A stretch of DNA of 64,000 nucleotides, taken from Solirubrobacteraceae bacterium (GTDB taxonomy: Bacteria > Actinomycetota > Thermoleophilia > Solirubrobacterales > Solirubrobacteraceae). The stretch spans positions 54,619-118,618 of the forward strand of contig DATJNQ010000008.1 in NCBI GenBank assembly GCA_035507895.1. The letters run 5' to 3'. How positions within the stretch are numbered: the stretch's first letter is position 1; the number at the start of each line of letters is the position of its first letter. The position numbers and the translations under genes are program-made. The notes under the pieces are model-generated. The model was not told where the DNA came from. It did no database searches and worked only from the letters and a program-made list of their open reading frames with translations. This document shows positions 30,038 through 40,687 of the stretch, piece after piece.

Positions 30038-30313
30038 CTAGGGGTTGAGCTTCTTCTTCAGTTGGCTCGCGGCGGAGAATTTGGCCGCCTTGGAGGCCGC
30101 GATTTGGATCTTCTGTCCGGTCGCAGGGTTGCGTCCCTCACGCGCCGCGCGATGGCTCACGCTGAACTTGCCGAAGCCGGCGATCGAGACCTCGCCGCCC
30201 GCGGCCAGCTCATTGGCAACGGCGTCGACCGTGCTCTCGACCGCCTGACGCGCCTGAGAGGCTCCCAGCCCAGTGGCGGCCGCGACCCGATCAGCCAGTT
30301 CGTTCTTGTTCAT
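30038..30313 (-). CDS. hup: HU-family DNA-binding protein (paralog 1)
   Basis: MNKNELAD...GFGKFSV...REGRNPATGQKIQI.ASK..KF. Confidence 0.95.
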   Translation of the reverse strand: MNKNELADRVAAATGLGASQARQAVESTVDAVANELAAGGEVSIAGFGKFSVSHRAAREGRNPATGQKIQIAASKAAKFSAASQLKKKLNP

Positions 30314-30421
30314 TGCCCATCCCTTCTCGAGTGTCAGCGTCGCCCGCAGGCTAACGGCTCGTAAAGACGCCATTACGCGGAAACACGCGCAACTCGCCCA
30401 AAGAAGCCCCTAATTTCCGGT

Positions 30422-31417
30422 TTAGACGGGCGCCGCCTGCTCATCGGCGACTCCCACGGACGGCTGCTCGCGGACGCGTCGTTGGCGGGCCGCGTAGCCC
30501 TCCGAGATGCAGGTCAGCCACACGGCCGTGACCCACGCCGCTGTCGCAAGGCACACATGGATCCAGACGAGCTCTGTTGGCAGCTTCAGGTAGTACTGGT
30601 CGAGACCGACGATCCCTTGGAGCGCGAGGAGGATCAGTAGGACGACCAGGAAGCGCACGATCTGCTTCGGCGCGCCGATCCGACGGGCACGCCACCAGCA
30701 GAAGAGCGCGAACAAGCTGAACGCGAACGCTATCTCGGCGTGTCTGTGAATGACGAAGTCCATCGTCCCGCGGCCGTCGAAGCTGAGCCTGTTGATTCGT
30801 TCGCCGGGCGCTCCGCCGGCGTGCGGGCCGGCCGCGGTCGCAGCCGTCCCGGCAACGATCGTGACGGCCGCCAGTCCGACCAGCACCCGAGTCAGGCGCA
30901 CGGTGGTCCGGTCGATCAGTTCGCTCGGCGTCCAGTCGCGCTCATGCTCGGCACGCCACACGACGATGGCCGCGGCAACGAGGATCAGCATCGAAAGGCA
31001 GAAGTGGGCCATGACCCAGCCGTAGTCGAGCTTGCCCTCGACGGTGAGGCCGCCGAGGACGGCTTGCGCGACCACGCCCATCGGCAACAGAAAGCTGAGC
31101 CACACGAGGTCGCGCCGGTACGGCCTGCGTCGCAGCGCCGCGACCCACGCCAGTCCCGTCGCAAGCACGAGCGGGACGCTCAGCACGCGGTTGCCAAACT
31201 CGATGACGGCGTGCGAGCTAAGCGGCGGGTACAGATGCCCATAACACTGCGGCCAAGTGGGGCACCCGAGCCCCGAGCCGCTCAGACGCACCGCAGCGCC
31301 GGTTGCGACGATGATCGACAGGGCCAGAAGCGCTGCCTGAGCGAAGCGCACATACTGGTGCGGCGTCACAGTGAAGCCGTTGGTGCGCTGCCGTAACGTT
31401 GCCGTCGCCGTACTCAT
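30422..31417 (-). CDS. ctaA: Heme A synthase (COX15/CtaA)
   Basis: GSGLGCPTWPQC, actinobacterial-type IEFGNR, AHF, GPHAGG, HRH and WIHV motifs; about 8 TM helices. Confidence 0.88.
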   Translation of the reverse strand: MSTATATLRQRTNGFTVTPHQYVRFAQAALLALSIIVATGAAVRLSGSGLGCPTWPQCYGHLYPPLSSHAVIEFGNRVLSVPLVLATGLAWVAALRRRPYRRDLVWLSFLLPMGVVAQAVLGGLTVEGKLDYGWVMAHFCLSMLILVAAAIVVWRAEHERDWTPSELIDRTTVRLTRVLVGLAAVTIVAGTAATAAGPHAGGAPGERINRLSFDGRGTMDFVIHRHAEIAFAFSLFALFCWWRARRIGAPKQIVRFLVVLLILLALQGIVGLDQYYLKLPTELVWIHVCLATAAWVTAVWLTCISEGYAARQRRVREQPSVGVADEQAAPV

Positions 31418-32048
31418 GGATGCCAAGGATGCCAGTCGCGCGAGGAGCGCGCCAAGCGGCACGCGAGCGAGGTGCGCTGCTCAGTTCGAACCGCCCCGGG
31501 ACACGATCGACCTCTGGCTCGTGAATCTCGACGGGGCAGCCCCATTCGACCGTCTTAGCGAGTCTGATCGTCGTCGCGCCACTCAGAGCCTCAGACCGAC
31601 TGCTGCGCGCCGACGGGCGGCTTCGCGTGCCCTACTTGCAGACCTGCGGCTTCTCTACGCAGACGCGTTCGTCAGCATCTCGCACTCGGGCCCGATCGGG
31701 CTCTTGGCGTTCGCGGGCGAGCCCGTCGGCGTCGACATCGAGCAGTCACGCCTTATCGGCAACAAAATCCGCGTTGCCCGGCGCGCATTCGGCGAAGAGC
31801 GCGTCTCCGAGCTCGCGCGCATCCCGCCATTGTCACGCGAACGCGCCTTTCTGGAGTCCTGGACGCGTCGTGAGGCGATCCTCAAGCTTGGCGCCGCCGG
31901 CGGTGAGGCGTGGACGAGCCCGCTACACGTCGAGGACCTCGCAATTGGTGCGATTGCAGCCGACGGTCCGCGGCGCCTCAGGTGGCGCCGGGGGGATCAG
32001 CGCTCGAAGACCTTGACCACAGGCGACGTGCCCGTCGCGAACGGATAG
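31416..32048 (+). CDS. 4'-phosphopantetheinyl transferase-like protein (Sfp type)
   Basis: SISHSG, VGVDIE and FLESWTRREAILK motifs. Start very uncertain. Confidence 0.7.
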   Translation: MDAKDASRARSAPSGTRARCAAQFEPPRDTIDLWLVNLDGAAPFDRLSESDRRRATQSLRPTAARRRAASRALLADLRLLYADAFVSISHSGPIGLLAFAGEPVGVDIEQSRLIGNKIRVARRAFGEERVSELARIPPLSRERAFLESWTRREAILKLGAAGGEAWTSPLHVEDLAIGAIAADGPRRLRWRRGDQRSKTLTTGDVPVANG

Positions 32049-33685
32049 TCGGCCTCGGCCTCGCACAGGACCCGAAATTCGTAGTGCGCTGGCCCGGCGA
32101 AGCGAAAGCGGTAGGCAGCGCGGAAGTAGCCGCGACGCGAGCTTCGGATCACATTGAAGTCCAGCCATCTACCTCCGGGGGCACGGGCCTGAAGAACCAG
32201 CAGCTTCCCCGTCGTGGGTACAAGCCCTCCAAGTAGCCGCCCGGCGAATCGGATGGAGTGTCCAACCGAAGTGACGCGAGGCGCAATGGAGAGCGTCAGG
32301 CCAGCGTGGACTACGAGGGAGAGCGAAGTTGAAGCCGAAGCTTCGATGGCGCCCTGGCGCTCGCGGTAAACCAGGTCGATGCGCCTCGAGGACGAACGTG
32401 CGGGAACCACGATCGAGAATGCGCCTCCCGAACCAGTTCGCACGACCGACAACGACGAGCGGACAGCTCCGGCACTAGCGGCAGTAGAGCGAACTTCGAT
32501 CTGACCACCCGCGATCGGCGCGCCGCTGGCGTTTGACAGCTGACCTGAGATCCTCGCGGCGCGGTCGAAAGGAATCGATGCGGTTGAGCCGCCGGTGGCC
32601 CAGTGCGCGGACAACGTCGGGCGATCTAGTGCGCTGCTTTCGCCCGTCGCTCCCGTTTCTGCATCGGACGGGCCATTTGCGACGTCGATCGTGCGATCGA
32701 TTACGGGGGTCGAATTCCCAGCGGCGTCTGTGACGAGCACTTCCAGGTGGTGTTCGCCGTTGGGTAGATCGGTGGTGTCTAGTTCGACGGCGGCTGACAC
32801 CTGTTCAGCACATGGGCGGATGTACAGGAACCCCATCGTTCCGTCGCTTGTCCCGCCGACATTCGAGCATCGCCCGCCATTGGAATCGAGCAGATTCGTC
32901 TCGACTACGGCTCCGTCGACCTTGACCGAATCTGAGTAGACACCTGCGCCTTTGTCAGCTGCGGTAAAACGCGCGTTTGCCGCACCAGAGACGCTTGCGG
33001 CGGTCGCAAGATCGCCGCTGACTTCGCCTACTTCGGGTGATAGGACCTGTTCGAGCGAGAAGTCAGCCTCGTAGACGCGAACGGCACTGGCGAAACCTTC
33101 GATGTCGCCAGCTCCAGCTGCACATTCGAAACCTTCCCCGACTCCGCCACAACCGGCGGATACCCAGATGCGACTGCCAAGATCCGCCGCTGGAATGGCG
33201 AGCGCATTCTGTGGAGCGAGCGGCTCATCCTCGTCGCCGCGCCCGGGACACCCCAACGTCGCGATGCATTCTTGAGCTATCAGCGTTTCGCGTCCGGAGC
33301 TCACCCAGTACTCGTAGGGGCTTCGTGATAGGCCACCATCGACGTCGCCGGCAATCCATAGATCTGCCGCCTTCACCGTCACAAAGGTGGGCGCAGTGAA
33401 GGTCCACGATGCTCGATCGAGATTTCCAAGGTGAGTCGTTGCGTCACCGAGATCTGCAAGTAGCGAGCCGCCGGTTTCGCAACTGTTCGCCGTCGATGTG
33501 TCATATGCGCTGCCCTGGGCGATCTCGGGAGTCCATCCTTCGGTTGGCGCCGGTTCTCCGCTCGGTGTGCGGCACGAGTACACGTGGTAGACCCCGGCGC
33601 TGGCGGTCGCGGGCAGCGTTGCCCCCGCGAGCGTGAGGGCGCCCGCGACGAGGAGTCCGAGGAGTCGGGTGGAGGACTGCGACAT
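31997..33685 (-). CDS. Secreted multi-domain protein, acidic body with a basic C-terminal beta domain
   Basis: Signal peptide ...PATASA; paired Cys; Ig-like GEHHLEVLVTDAAGN; Arg-rich C-terminus. Less GC-rich than its neighbours. Confidence 0.82.
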   Translation of the reverse strand: MSQSSTRLLGLLVAGALTLAGATLPATASAGVYHVYSCRTPSGEPAPTEGWTPEIAQGSAYDTSTANSCETGGSLLADLGDATTHLGNLDRASWTFTAPTFVTVKAADLWIAGDVDGGLSRSPYEYWVSSGRETLIAQECIATLGCPGRGDEDEPLAPQNALAIPAADLGSRIWVSAGCGGVGEGFECAAGAGDIEGFASAVRVYEADFSLEQVLSPEVGEVSGDLATAASVSGAANARFTAADKGAGVYSDSVKVDGAVVETNLLDSNGGRCSNVGGTSDGTMGFLYIRPCAEQVSAAVELDTTDLPNGEHHLEVLVTDAAGNSTPVIDRTIDVANGPSDAETGATGESSALDRPTLSAHWATGGSTASIPFDRAARISGQLSNASGAPIAGGQIEVRSTAASAGAVRSSLSVVRTGSGGAFSIVVPARSSSRRIDLVYRERQGAIEASASTSLSLVVHAGLTLSIAPRVTSVGHSIRFAGRLLGGLVPTTGKLLVLQARAPGGRWLDFNVIRSSRRGYFRAAYRFRFAGPAHYEFRVLCEAEADYPFATGTSPVVKVFER

Positions 33686-33737
33686 GCTCTTGTATGTCGA
33701 CGGCTGGGACGCCGACACCCCCCTTGAACGTGTGCCT

Positions 33738-33756
33738 GGCGCGCGAGTTGCGCGCC
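33738..33756 (-). terminator. Short hairpin downstream of the P450
   Basis: ggcgcgc-gagtt-gcgcgcc. Confidence 0.4.
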
Positions 33757-33764
33757 AATCCGCT

Positions 33765-34988
33765 TTAGAAGGCGATTCTTAGGGGAAGCGCGGCGAGCCC
33801 GTAGATGCCGGTGATGCTCTCGTACTCGGGGTCGCCTGCGGGTTCGAGGCGGGAGAACCTTGCGGCGAGGAACGTGAGTGCCTCGGTTAGCTCGAGGCGC
33901 GCGAGGTTCGCGCCGAGGCAGTAGTGGATGCCCGCGCCGAAGGTGAGCGGTCGCGCCGCGTCGTGGCCGGCGGTGATGTCAAAGGTGTCGCCGTCGCCGG
34001 CGGGAAGGTCGCGGTTGCCGGTGAACGCGCAGACCATGACGATCGTGTCGCGCGGGAAGGTGACGTCGCGGTATGTGACGTCGGCGGTGAGGATGCGGGC
34101 CGTGAACGGCGTGATCGGCTCGTAGCGGAGCGACTCCTCGACGGCGGGGCCTGCGAGCGATGGGTCGGCACGGAGCGCGGCCCACTGGTCGGGGTGTTCG
34201 GAGAGCAGTCGCACTGCGTGGGCGAGCTGCGCCTGGGTCGTGTCGACGCCGCCGACGAGGATGTTGAAGACGAGGTTCACGCACTCGACGTCGGAGAGTC
34301 GGTCGCCCTGCTCTTCGGCCTGGACGAGAAGCGAGACGATGTCGTCGCCGGGTTCGCGCCGGCGCGCGGCGACGAGGTCCGCGGCGTACTCGTAGAACTC
34401 CGCCACGGCCGCCTCGATGCCCTCGCGTTCTCCGGCCATCGCGATGGCGTCGAACTGCCGCTGGATCCAGTTCGACCAGCGGTGCAACCGCGGCGCGTCG
34501 GTGAGCGGCGCGCCCATCACGGACGCGATCACCCGCGAGGGGTAGGGCTTCGCGAACGCCGCGACGAAGTCGAGCTCCGCTTCGCTTGCGCCTTCGCTGC
34601 GCGCGTCGTCGAGGAGTTCGGCGAGGAACCGTTGCATCGCCGGCCGGTAGCGTTCGACGGCGCGCGGCGTCAGCGAGGGGTTTACGAGCCCGCGCAGCCG
34701 CGCGTGGTCCTGGCCGTTGATGTGCAGGATGTTGCGGACCATCTCCTCGTGGAGGGGCCCGTCTGCGACGCCGAAGATCTCGGCGATCTTCATGCCGGGG
34801 AAGATCGCGTCGCGTGAGCGCAGGAAGAACTCGCCGGCGTCGCGGTCGAGCGTGATGTAACCGAACGGCCCTTGCGCGAGCCAGCCTTCCCCGCTCACGG
34901 CCCGCATGGCGGCGTGAAAATCCGCCCCCCGCAGCGACCCGTCTGTGTGGTCGAACGCGGGGAGGTCGAGCTCGGCGACGTCCGTCAC
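33765..34988 (-). CDS. Cytochrome P450
   Basis: I-helix GGVDTT, ExxR (ESLR) and heme motif FGAGIHYCLG. Confidence 0.96.
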   Translation of the reverse strand: MTDVAELDLPAFDHTDGSLRGADFHAAMRAVSGEGWLAQGPFGYITLDRDAGEFFLRSRDAIFPGMKIAEIFGVADGPLHEEMVRNILHINGQDHARLRGLVNPSLTPRAVERYRPAMQRFLAELLDDARSEGASEAELDFVAAFAKPYPSRVIASVMGAPLTDAPRLHRWSNWIQRQFDAIAMAGEREGIEAAVAEFYEYAADLVAARRREPGDDIVSLLVQAEEQGDRLSDVECVNLVFNILVGGVDTTQAQLAHAVRLLSEHPDQWAALRADPSLAGPAVEESLRYEPITPFTARILTADVTYRDVTFPRDTIVMVCAFTGNRDLPAGDGDTFDITAGHDAARPLTFGAGIHYCLGANLARLELTEALTFLAARFSRLEPAGDPEYESITGIYGLAALPLRIAF

Positions 34989-35010
34989 CGCTCTTTCCGC
35001 CTCGTGGGCT

Positions 35011-35046
35011 CTACTTCTTGATCTTCTTGATCTTCTTGATTTCCAT
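35011..35046 (-). CDS. Candidate 11-aa small ORF MEIKKIKKIKK
   Basis: ATG GAA (ATC AAG AAG)x3 TAG, preceded by AGGCGG 6 nt upstream; lies between the HU stop and the P450 start. Confidence 0.45.
   Translation of the reverse strand: MEIKKIKKIKK
35014..35040. repeat. Perfect 9-bp tandem repeat (CTTCTTGAT)x3
   Basis: Read directly from the sequence. Confidence 0.95.
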
Positions 35047-35066
35047 GCGGTTCCGCCTGCTCGTAG

Positions 35067-35348
35067 CTACTTTTTCGGGTTGACGGCCTGCTTCAGCCCG
35101 GCGCCCGCCGTGAACTTCGGCGCTTTGGAGGCTTTGATTCTAACCTTCGCGCCGGTCCGCGGGTTTACGCCGTCCCGCGCCTTGCGGTTGGCGACCGAGA
35201 ACTTACCGAATCCGGTGATGCTGACCTCCTCACCCTTCTTCAGCGTCTTGTGGACGGTGCCGATGAGCGAGTCCAGTACGCGGGACACCTCGGCTTTGGC
35301 CATGCCGGTGTCCTTCGCCAGCGTGTCGACCAGCTGCGTCTTGTTCAT
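35067..35348 (-). CDS. hup: HU-family DNA-binding protein (paralog 2)
   Basis: MNKTQLVD...GFGKFSV..RKARDGVNPRTG...ASKAPKF.AG. Confidence 0.95.
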   Translation of the reverse strand: MNKTQLVDTLAKDTGMAKAEVSRVLDSLIGTVHKTLKKGEEVSITGFGKFSVANRKARDGVNPRTGAKVRIKASKAPKFTAGAGLKQAVNPKK

Positions 35349-36757
35349 TGCAGGACCTTTCTCTCGCGTGTTCTTTTCACAGCCGCCCCCTCGCCGGTCG
35401 CTGCGGCCGGGACCTTCGCCGCTGGATTCAACAGGTTGCGGGGGTCGAACTCGCGCTTGACGCGCGCTTGCAGTTCCAGGGTCGCCGCGGGCAGGTGCTC
35501 CGCGGCGGCGGCGGTCTTCACGCGGCCGATGCCGTGCTCACCGGCGATCGAGCCGCCCATCGCCGCGACGCTCGCGAGGAACTCGTCGCAGATCCTCTGC
35601 GCGAGCTCGGCGTCGCGGACGCTCTCGGGGTCGGTGAGGAGGTTGGCGTGCATGTTGCCGTCGCCGCCGTGCCCCCAGCTGCAGCTCGGCAGGCCGTGGC
35701 GCTCGGCGATCGCGCCGAACTGCTCGAGCGCCTCCCTGAGCCGCTCCACCGGCAGCACGACGTCCTCGGCGACCTTGGCGCCGCGGGCGGCGGCGACGCG
35801 ACCGTTCACGCTGTCACGCCAGCGCCAGAGGTCGCGGCGGTCCGGCGTGTCGACGCCGGCCAGCTCGCCCGCGAGCAGCTCGAGCAGCTCGCCGCGCTGC
35901 TCGGCGACCTCGTCCTCGGTGCCGTCGATGTCGAAGAGGAGGGCGAACCCGGCTTCGGCCGGTATCTCGCCGGGATAGCCGGCGGCGGCGTACGCGAGCG
36001 CCGCGCGGTCGAGGAAGTCGAGCGCCGCGGGACGTATCCCCGCCGCGATCGACTCGAGGATCGCGTCGCAGCCGCTCGCGGCATCGCTCGCGAAGAGGAC
36101 GACGGAGTCGGCAGCTGCGGGCGCCGGCAGCAGGCGCAGCGAGACCTCGGTGATCACCGCGAGCGTCCCCTCGGAGCCGACGAGCAGCGATCGCAGATCG
36201 TATGTCGAGACGTCCTTCTGCGCCCAGCCGCCGACGCGCACGATCTCGCCGGGCGCGACTACGGCCTGCAGGCCCGCGACGTAACGCCCCGTGACGCCGT
36301 ACTTCAGGGCATGGGGGCCGCCGGCGTTCGTCGCGACGTTGCCGCCGATCGTCGACTGCTCGCCCGCGCCGGGGTCGGGCGGGAAGACGAGCCCGTTCTC
36401 GCGCGCGAGGCGGTGGACGTGGGCGGTCGTGACGCCGGCTTGGACGCGTAGCCGCCACAGCGCGGGCTCCACGTCGAGCACGGCCGTGAGCCGCTCGAGC
36501 GAGCAGACGACGCCGCCCTCGCTGGGCACGGCGCCGCCGGCGAGCCCGGTGCCGCCGCCGCGCGTCACGAGCGGCACGCCGCGCTCGTAGCACCACGCGA
36601 GCACAGCGGCGACCTCTTGCGCGTCGCCGGGCAGCACGACGGCGTCGGCGCGGCCCTGCAGCCCGCGGCGCAGCGTCGCGTCACGGTTGTACGGCGAGCC
36701 GGGCGGGGGCTCGAACACGTGCTCGGCGCCGACGATGCGACCCAGGTCGCTGCGCAT
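35345..36757 (-). CDS. FAD-binding oxidoreductase (GlcD / D-lactate dehydrogenase family)
   Basis: RGGGTGLAGG, PDPG, TIGGNVATNAGG, GSEGTLAVIT, GHGGDGNMH and GEHGIG motifs. Confidence 0.92.
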   Translation of the reverse strand: MRSDLGRIVGAEHVFEPPPGSPYNRDATLRRGLQGRADAVVLPGDAQEVAAVLAWCYERGVPLVTRGGGTGLAGGAVPSEGGVVCSLERLTAVLDVEPALWRLRVQAGVTTAHVHRLARENGLVFPPDPGAGEQSTIGGNVATNAGGPHALKYGVTGRYVAGLQAVVAPGEIVRVGGWAQKDVSTYDLRSLLVGSEGTLAVITEVSLRLLPAPAAADSVVLFASDAASGCDAILESIAAGIRPAALDFLDRAALAYAAAGYPGEIPAEAGFALLFDIDGTEDEVAEQRGELLELLAGELAGVDTPDRRDLWRWRDSVNGRVAAARGAKVAEDVVLPVERLREALEQFGAIAERHGLPSCSWGHGGDGNMHANLLTDPESVRDAELAQRICDEFLASVAAMGGSIAGEHGIGRVKTAAAAEHLPAATLELQARVKREFDPRNLLNPAAKVPAAATGEGAAVKRTRERKVLQ

Positions 36758-36793
36758 CGACTGCGAGGCTAGCGCGGCGGCTAGCATGCGGCC

Positions 36794-38428
<1,635 letters not shown>

Positions 38429-38431
38429 GCG

Positions 38432-39184
38432 TCAGGCGCCAGGCGAGGACTCGAGGGGCGCGCCGTGCAGGCCGCTCGAGGGCCGCTCGCGCGCGTCCCA
38501 CCACTCGTTAATCACGGCCAGGCCCCCGCCGATGATCCCCTCCTTGAAGGAGACCGTGTCGTTCAGGCGCGGCAGCGGTTCGGCGGGCACCTCGACCTCG
38601 AGGAACTCGCAGAGCGGCTCGTAGCCTTCGCGGGGGTCCCAGACGAGCAGGCGCTCGGGGGCGATCGCCGCGCGGACCCGCGCGTGCCAGTCCTCCATCG
38701 CGGCGGCGAGCCCCTCCTCGGTCTGCGTGTCGCCGGCGCCGACGAGCGCGCCCGTCCCCGGCTCCCAGGTCATGTGGCGCATCAGGGCGATGTAGCGCTC
38801 CCAGAGCGGGTCGATTTTCGCGCGCGCCTCGCAGACGTGGTGCAGAACGGAGTCGCCGAAGTAGACCGCCCAGACGGTGTTGCGCATCGAGCTGACCCAG
38901 TCGGCGGCATCGCGGACGCTGAGCACGACCTTCGCTTCGGGGTAGTAGTCGGCGAGCTCAGCGTAGTAGCGGCTCGCGGGCCAGTCGACCGCCGAGTTGC
39001 GTCCCTCGAAGATCCGCTCCCAGTCGGGGTCGCCCTCGGCGACGCGCTCCCAGAGCGGAAGCTCTTTCTCCATGTCCGCGAGTACGTCGCGCATGTGGTA
39101 ACAGCCGCCGAAGCCGAGCGTTTCGAGCGCGAACATCTGCGTCGTCGTAGCCGAGCGCGGCAGCCCTGCACCAATCACCCTCAT
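38432..39184 (-). CDS. Sulfotransferase-like P-loop protein (Sulfotransfer_4 type)
   Basis: VIGAGLPRSATT, CYHM, AVDWP, YPEAKVVLSVRD, GYEPLCEFL and PRLN motifs. Confidence 0.8.
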   Translation of the reverse strand: MRVIGAGLPRSATTTQMFALETLGFGGCYHMRDVLADMEKELPLWERVAEGDPDWERIFEGRNSAVDWPASRYYAELADYYPEAKVVLSVRDAADWVSSMRNTVWAVYFGDSVLHHVCEARAKIDPLWERYIALMRHMTWEPGTGALVGAGDTQTEEGLAAAMEDWHARVRAAIAPERLLVWDPREGYEPLCEFLEVEVPAEPLPRLNDTVSFKEGIIGGGLAVINEWWDARERPSSGLHGAPLESSPGA

Positions 39185-39293
39185 CTTGCCAGGCCCACCC
39201 TTCCGTCGTGTGCGGACGACCCGTTCCGGTGCCGCCCAACCCGGTGAAGCGCGGAGTATCGCACGTCCGTTGACCGCTTCCCGGCGCTCCGCG

Positions 39294-40286
39294 TCAGTCG
39301 GGGCGGACTTCGAGCACGACCTTGCCGGTCGCCCGGCGCTCGTCCAGCGCGGCGAGTGCGTCCGCCGCCCGCTCGAGCGGATAACGCGAGCCGACGAGCG
39401 GCCGCACGTGCCCGTCGGCGACGAGCGCGGCGACCCGTTCGCCGACCTGCTTGACGTAGTCGGGCTTGCCCATCGCGAAGGCGCCCCAGCCCGCGCCGAT
39501 CACCTCCGTGTTTTTGAGCAGCAGACGGTTCACGCGCACCTCGGGGATCGCACCCCCGGTGAAGCCCACCACGACCAGCCGACCCTCCTCACGCAGCGAG
39601 CGCAGGCTGTCGGTGAAGCGGTCGCCGCCGACAGGGTCGATGACGAGGTGGACGCCGCCGCCGGAGAGCTCGGTCACGCGTTCACGCCAGCCAGCCTCGG
39701 CGAGCACGACCTCGTCCGCGCCCGCTTCGCGGGCCGTCTTTGCCTTCTGCTCGCTCGAGACCACGGCGATCGTGCTCGCGCCGAGACCCTTTGCGACCTG
39801 CAGCGTCGCGGTGCCGACGCCGCCGGCGGCGCCGTGGACGAGCACGGTCTCGCCGGCCTGCAGACGCCCGCGTGTCACGAGCGAGAAGTACGCGGTGTGG
39901 TAATTGAGGATCAGCCCCGCGCCCTGTGCGTAGTCGAGCGCGTCGTCGAGCGCGAAGGTGTAGAAGGCCGGCGCGGCGGCGACCTCGGCGAAGCCGCCGA
40001 GCATGCAGAAGGCGGCGACGCGGTCGCCCGCGGCGAACGGCGAGCCGTCGGGGGCCTCCAGGACGCGCCCGGCGACCTCGCTGCCGGGGACGAACGGCAG
40101 CTCCGGTTTGAACTGGTATTCGCCGCGACTCTGCAGCAGCTCGGGGAACGAGACGCCGGCGCTGTGCACCTCCACGAGCACGGTGTCCTCGCCCGAGAGC
40201 GGGTGCGAGCGGGCTGGCGCGTCGATCTCGTCGAGCGAGAGCGCGCTCCCCGGCCCGGTCTCGGCGACGATGCGAACCGCGCGCAC
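39294..40286 (-). CDS. NADPH:quinone oxidoreductase (zeta-crystallin/MDR family)
   Basis: PFVPGSEVAG, VLVHGAAGGVG, DPVGG and GKVVL motifs. Confidence 0.92.
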   Translation of the reverse strand: MRAVRIVAETGPGSALSLDEIDAPARSHPLSGEDTVLVEVHSAGVSFPELLQSRGEYQFKPELPFVPGSEVAGRVLEAPDGSPFAAGDRVAAFCMLGGFAEVAAAPAFYTFALDDALDYAQGAGLILNYHTAYFSLVTRGRLQAGETVLVHGAAGGVGTATLQVAKGLGASTIAVVSSEQKAKTAREAGADEVVLAEAGWRERVTELSGGGVHLVIDPVGGDRFTDSLRSLREEGRLVVVGFTGGAIPEVRVNRLLLKNTEVIGAGWGAFAMGKPDYVKQVGERVAALVADGHVRPLVGSRYPLERAADALAALDERRATGKVVLEVRPD

Positions 40287-40297
40287 CGGCGGGCAGT

Positions 40298-40687
40298 TCA
40301 GTCGGCGTACCGCGCGACCGTGAAAGCGATCAGCGTCGGTACGTCGATGGCGAAGAGAACGAGGGCGAAGATGAGGACCGCGAGCGGCCCTCCTGTCGTT
40401 TCGTTGCGGATGAAGACGTAGATGATGAGCCCGGAGATCACGGTGTACGCGAGCAGCGCCCGCAGCGCGATGTACGCGAAGCGCTCCCAGGCGAAGCCCT
40501 CGACGCGCGAGAGCAGGACGTAGATCGAGGCGAACGTGCCGTAGGCAAGCACGAGGAGCACGATGCACGGCGTGAGGTCGACGATCTCGGGGAGGTGCGC
40601 GGAGAGGTAGATCACAGCCGCGGCGAGCAGCGCGAGCGTCACCATGCCGAGCTCGGTGACTGGCGGCAGGCGGCGTTCTTCGGCCAT
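40298..40687 (-). CDS. Small 4-TM membrane protein of unknown function
   Basis: MAEERRLPPVTELGMVTLALL...; four hydrophobic segments; TGATG-coupled to the upstream gene. Confidence 0.7.
   Translation of the reverse strand: MAEERRLPPVTELGMVTLALLAAAVIYLSAHLPEIVDLTPCIVLLVLAYGTFASIYVLLSRVEGFAWERFAYIALRALLAYTVISGLIIYVFIRNETTGGPLAVLIFALVLFAIDVPTLIAFTVARYAD

Noticed and set aside
35345-35420. FAD-oxidase C-terminal extension overlapping the HU start (ATGA)
   Set aside because: Probably an incidental read-through tail over the HU promoter region; the conserved domain ends near NP..K.
38432-39184. Sulfotransferase-like gene as part of a biosynthetic cluster with the P450 and PPTase
   Set aside because: The genes are separated, differently oriented and lack a scaffold synthase.
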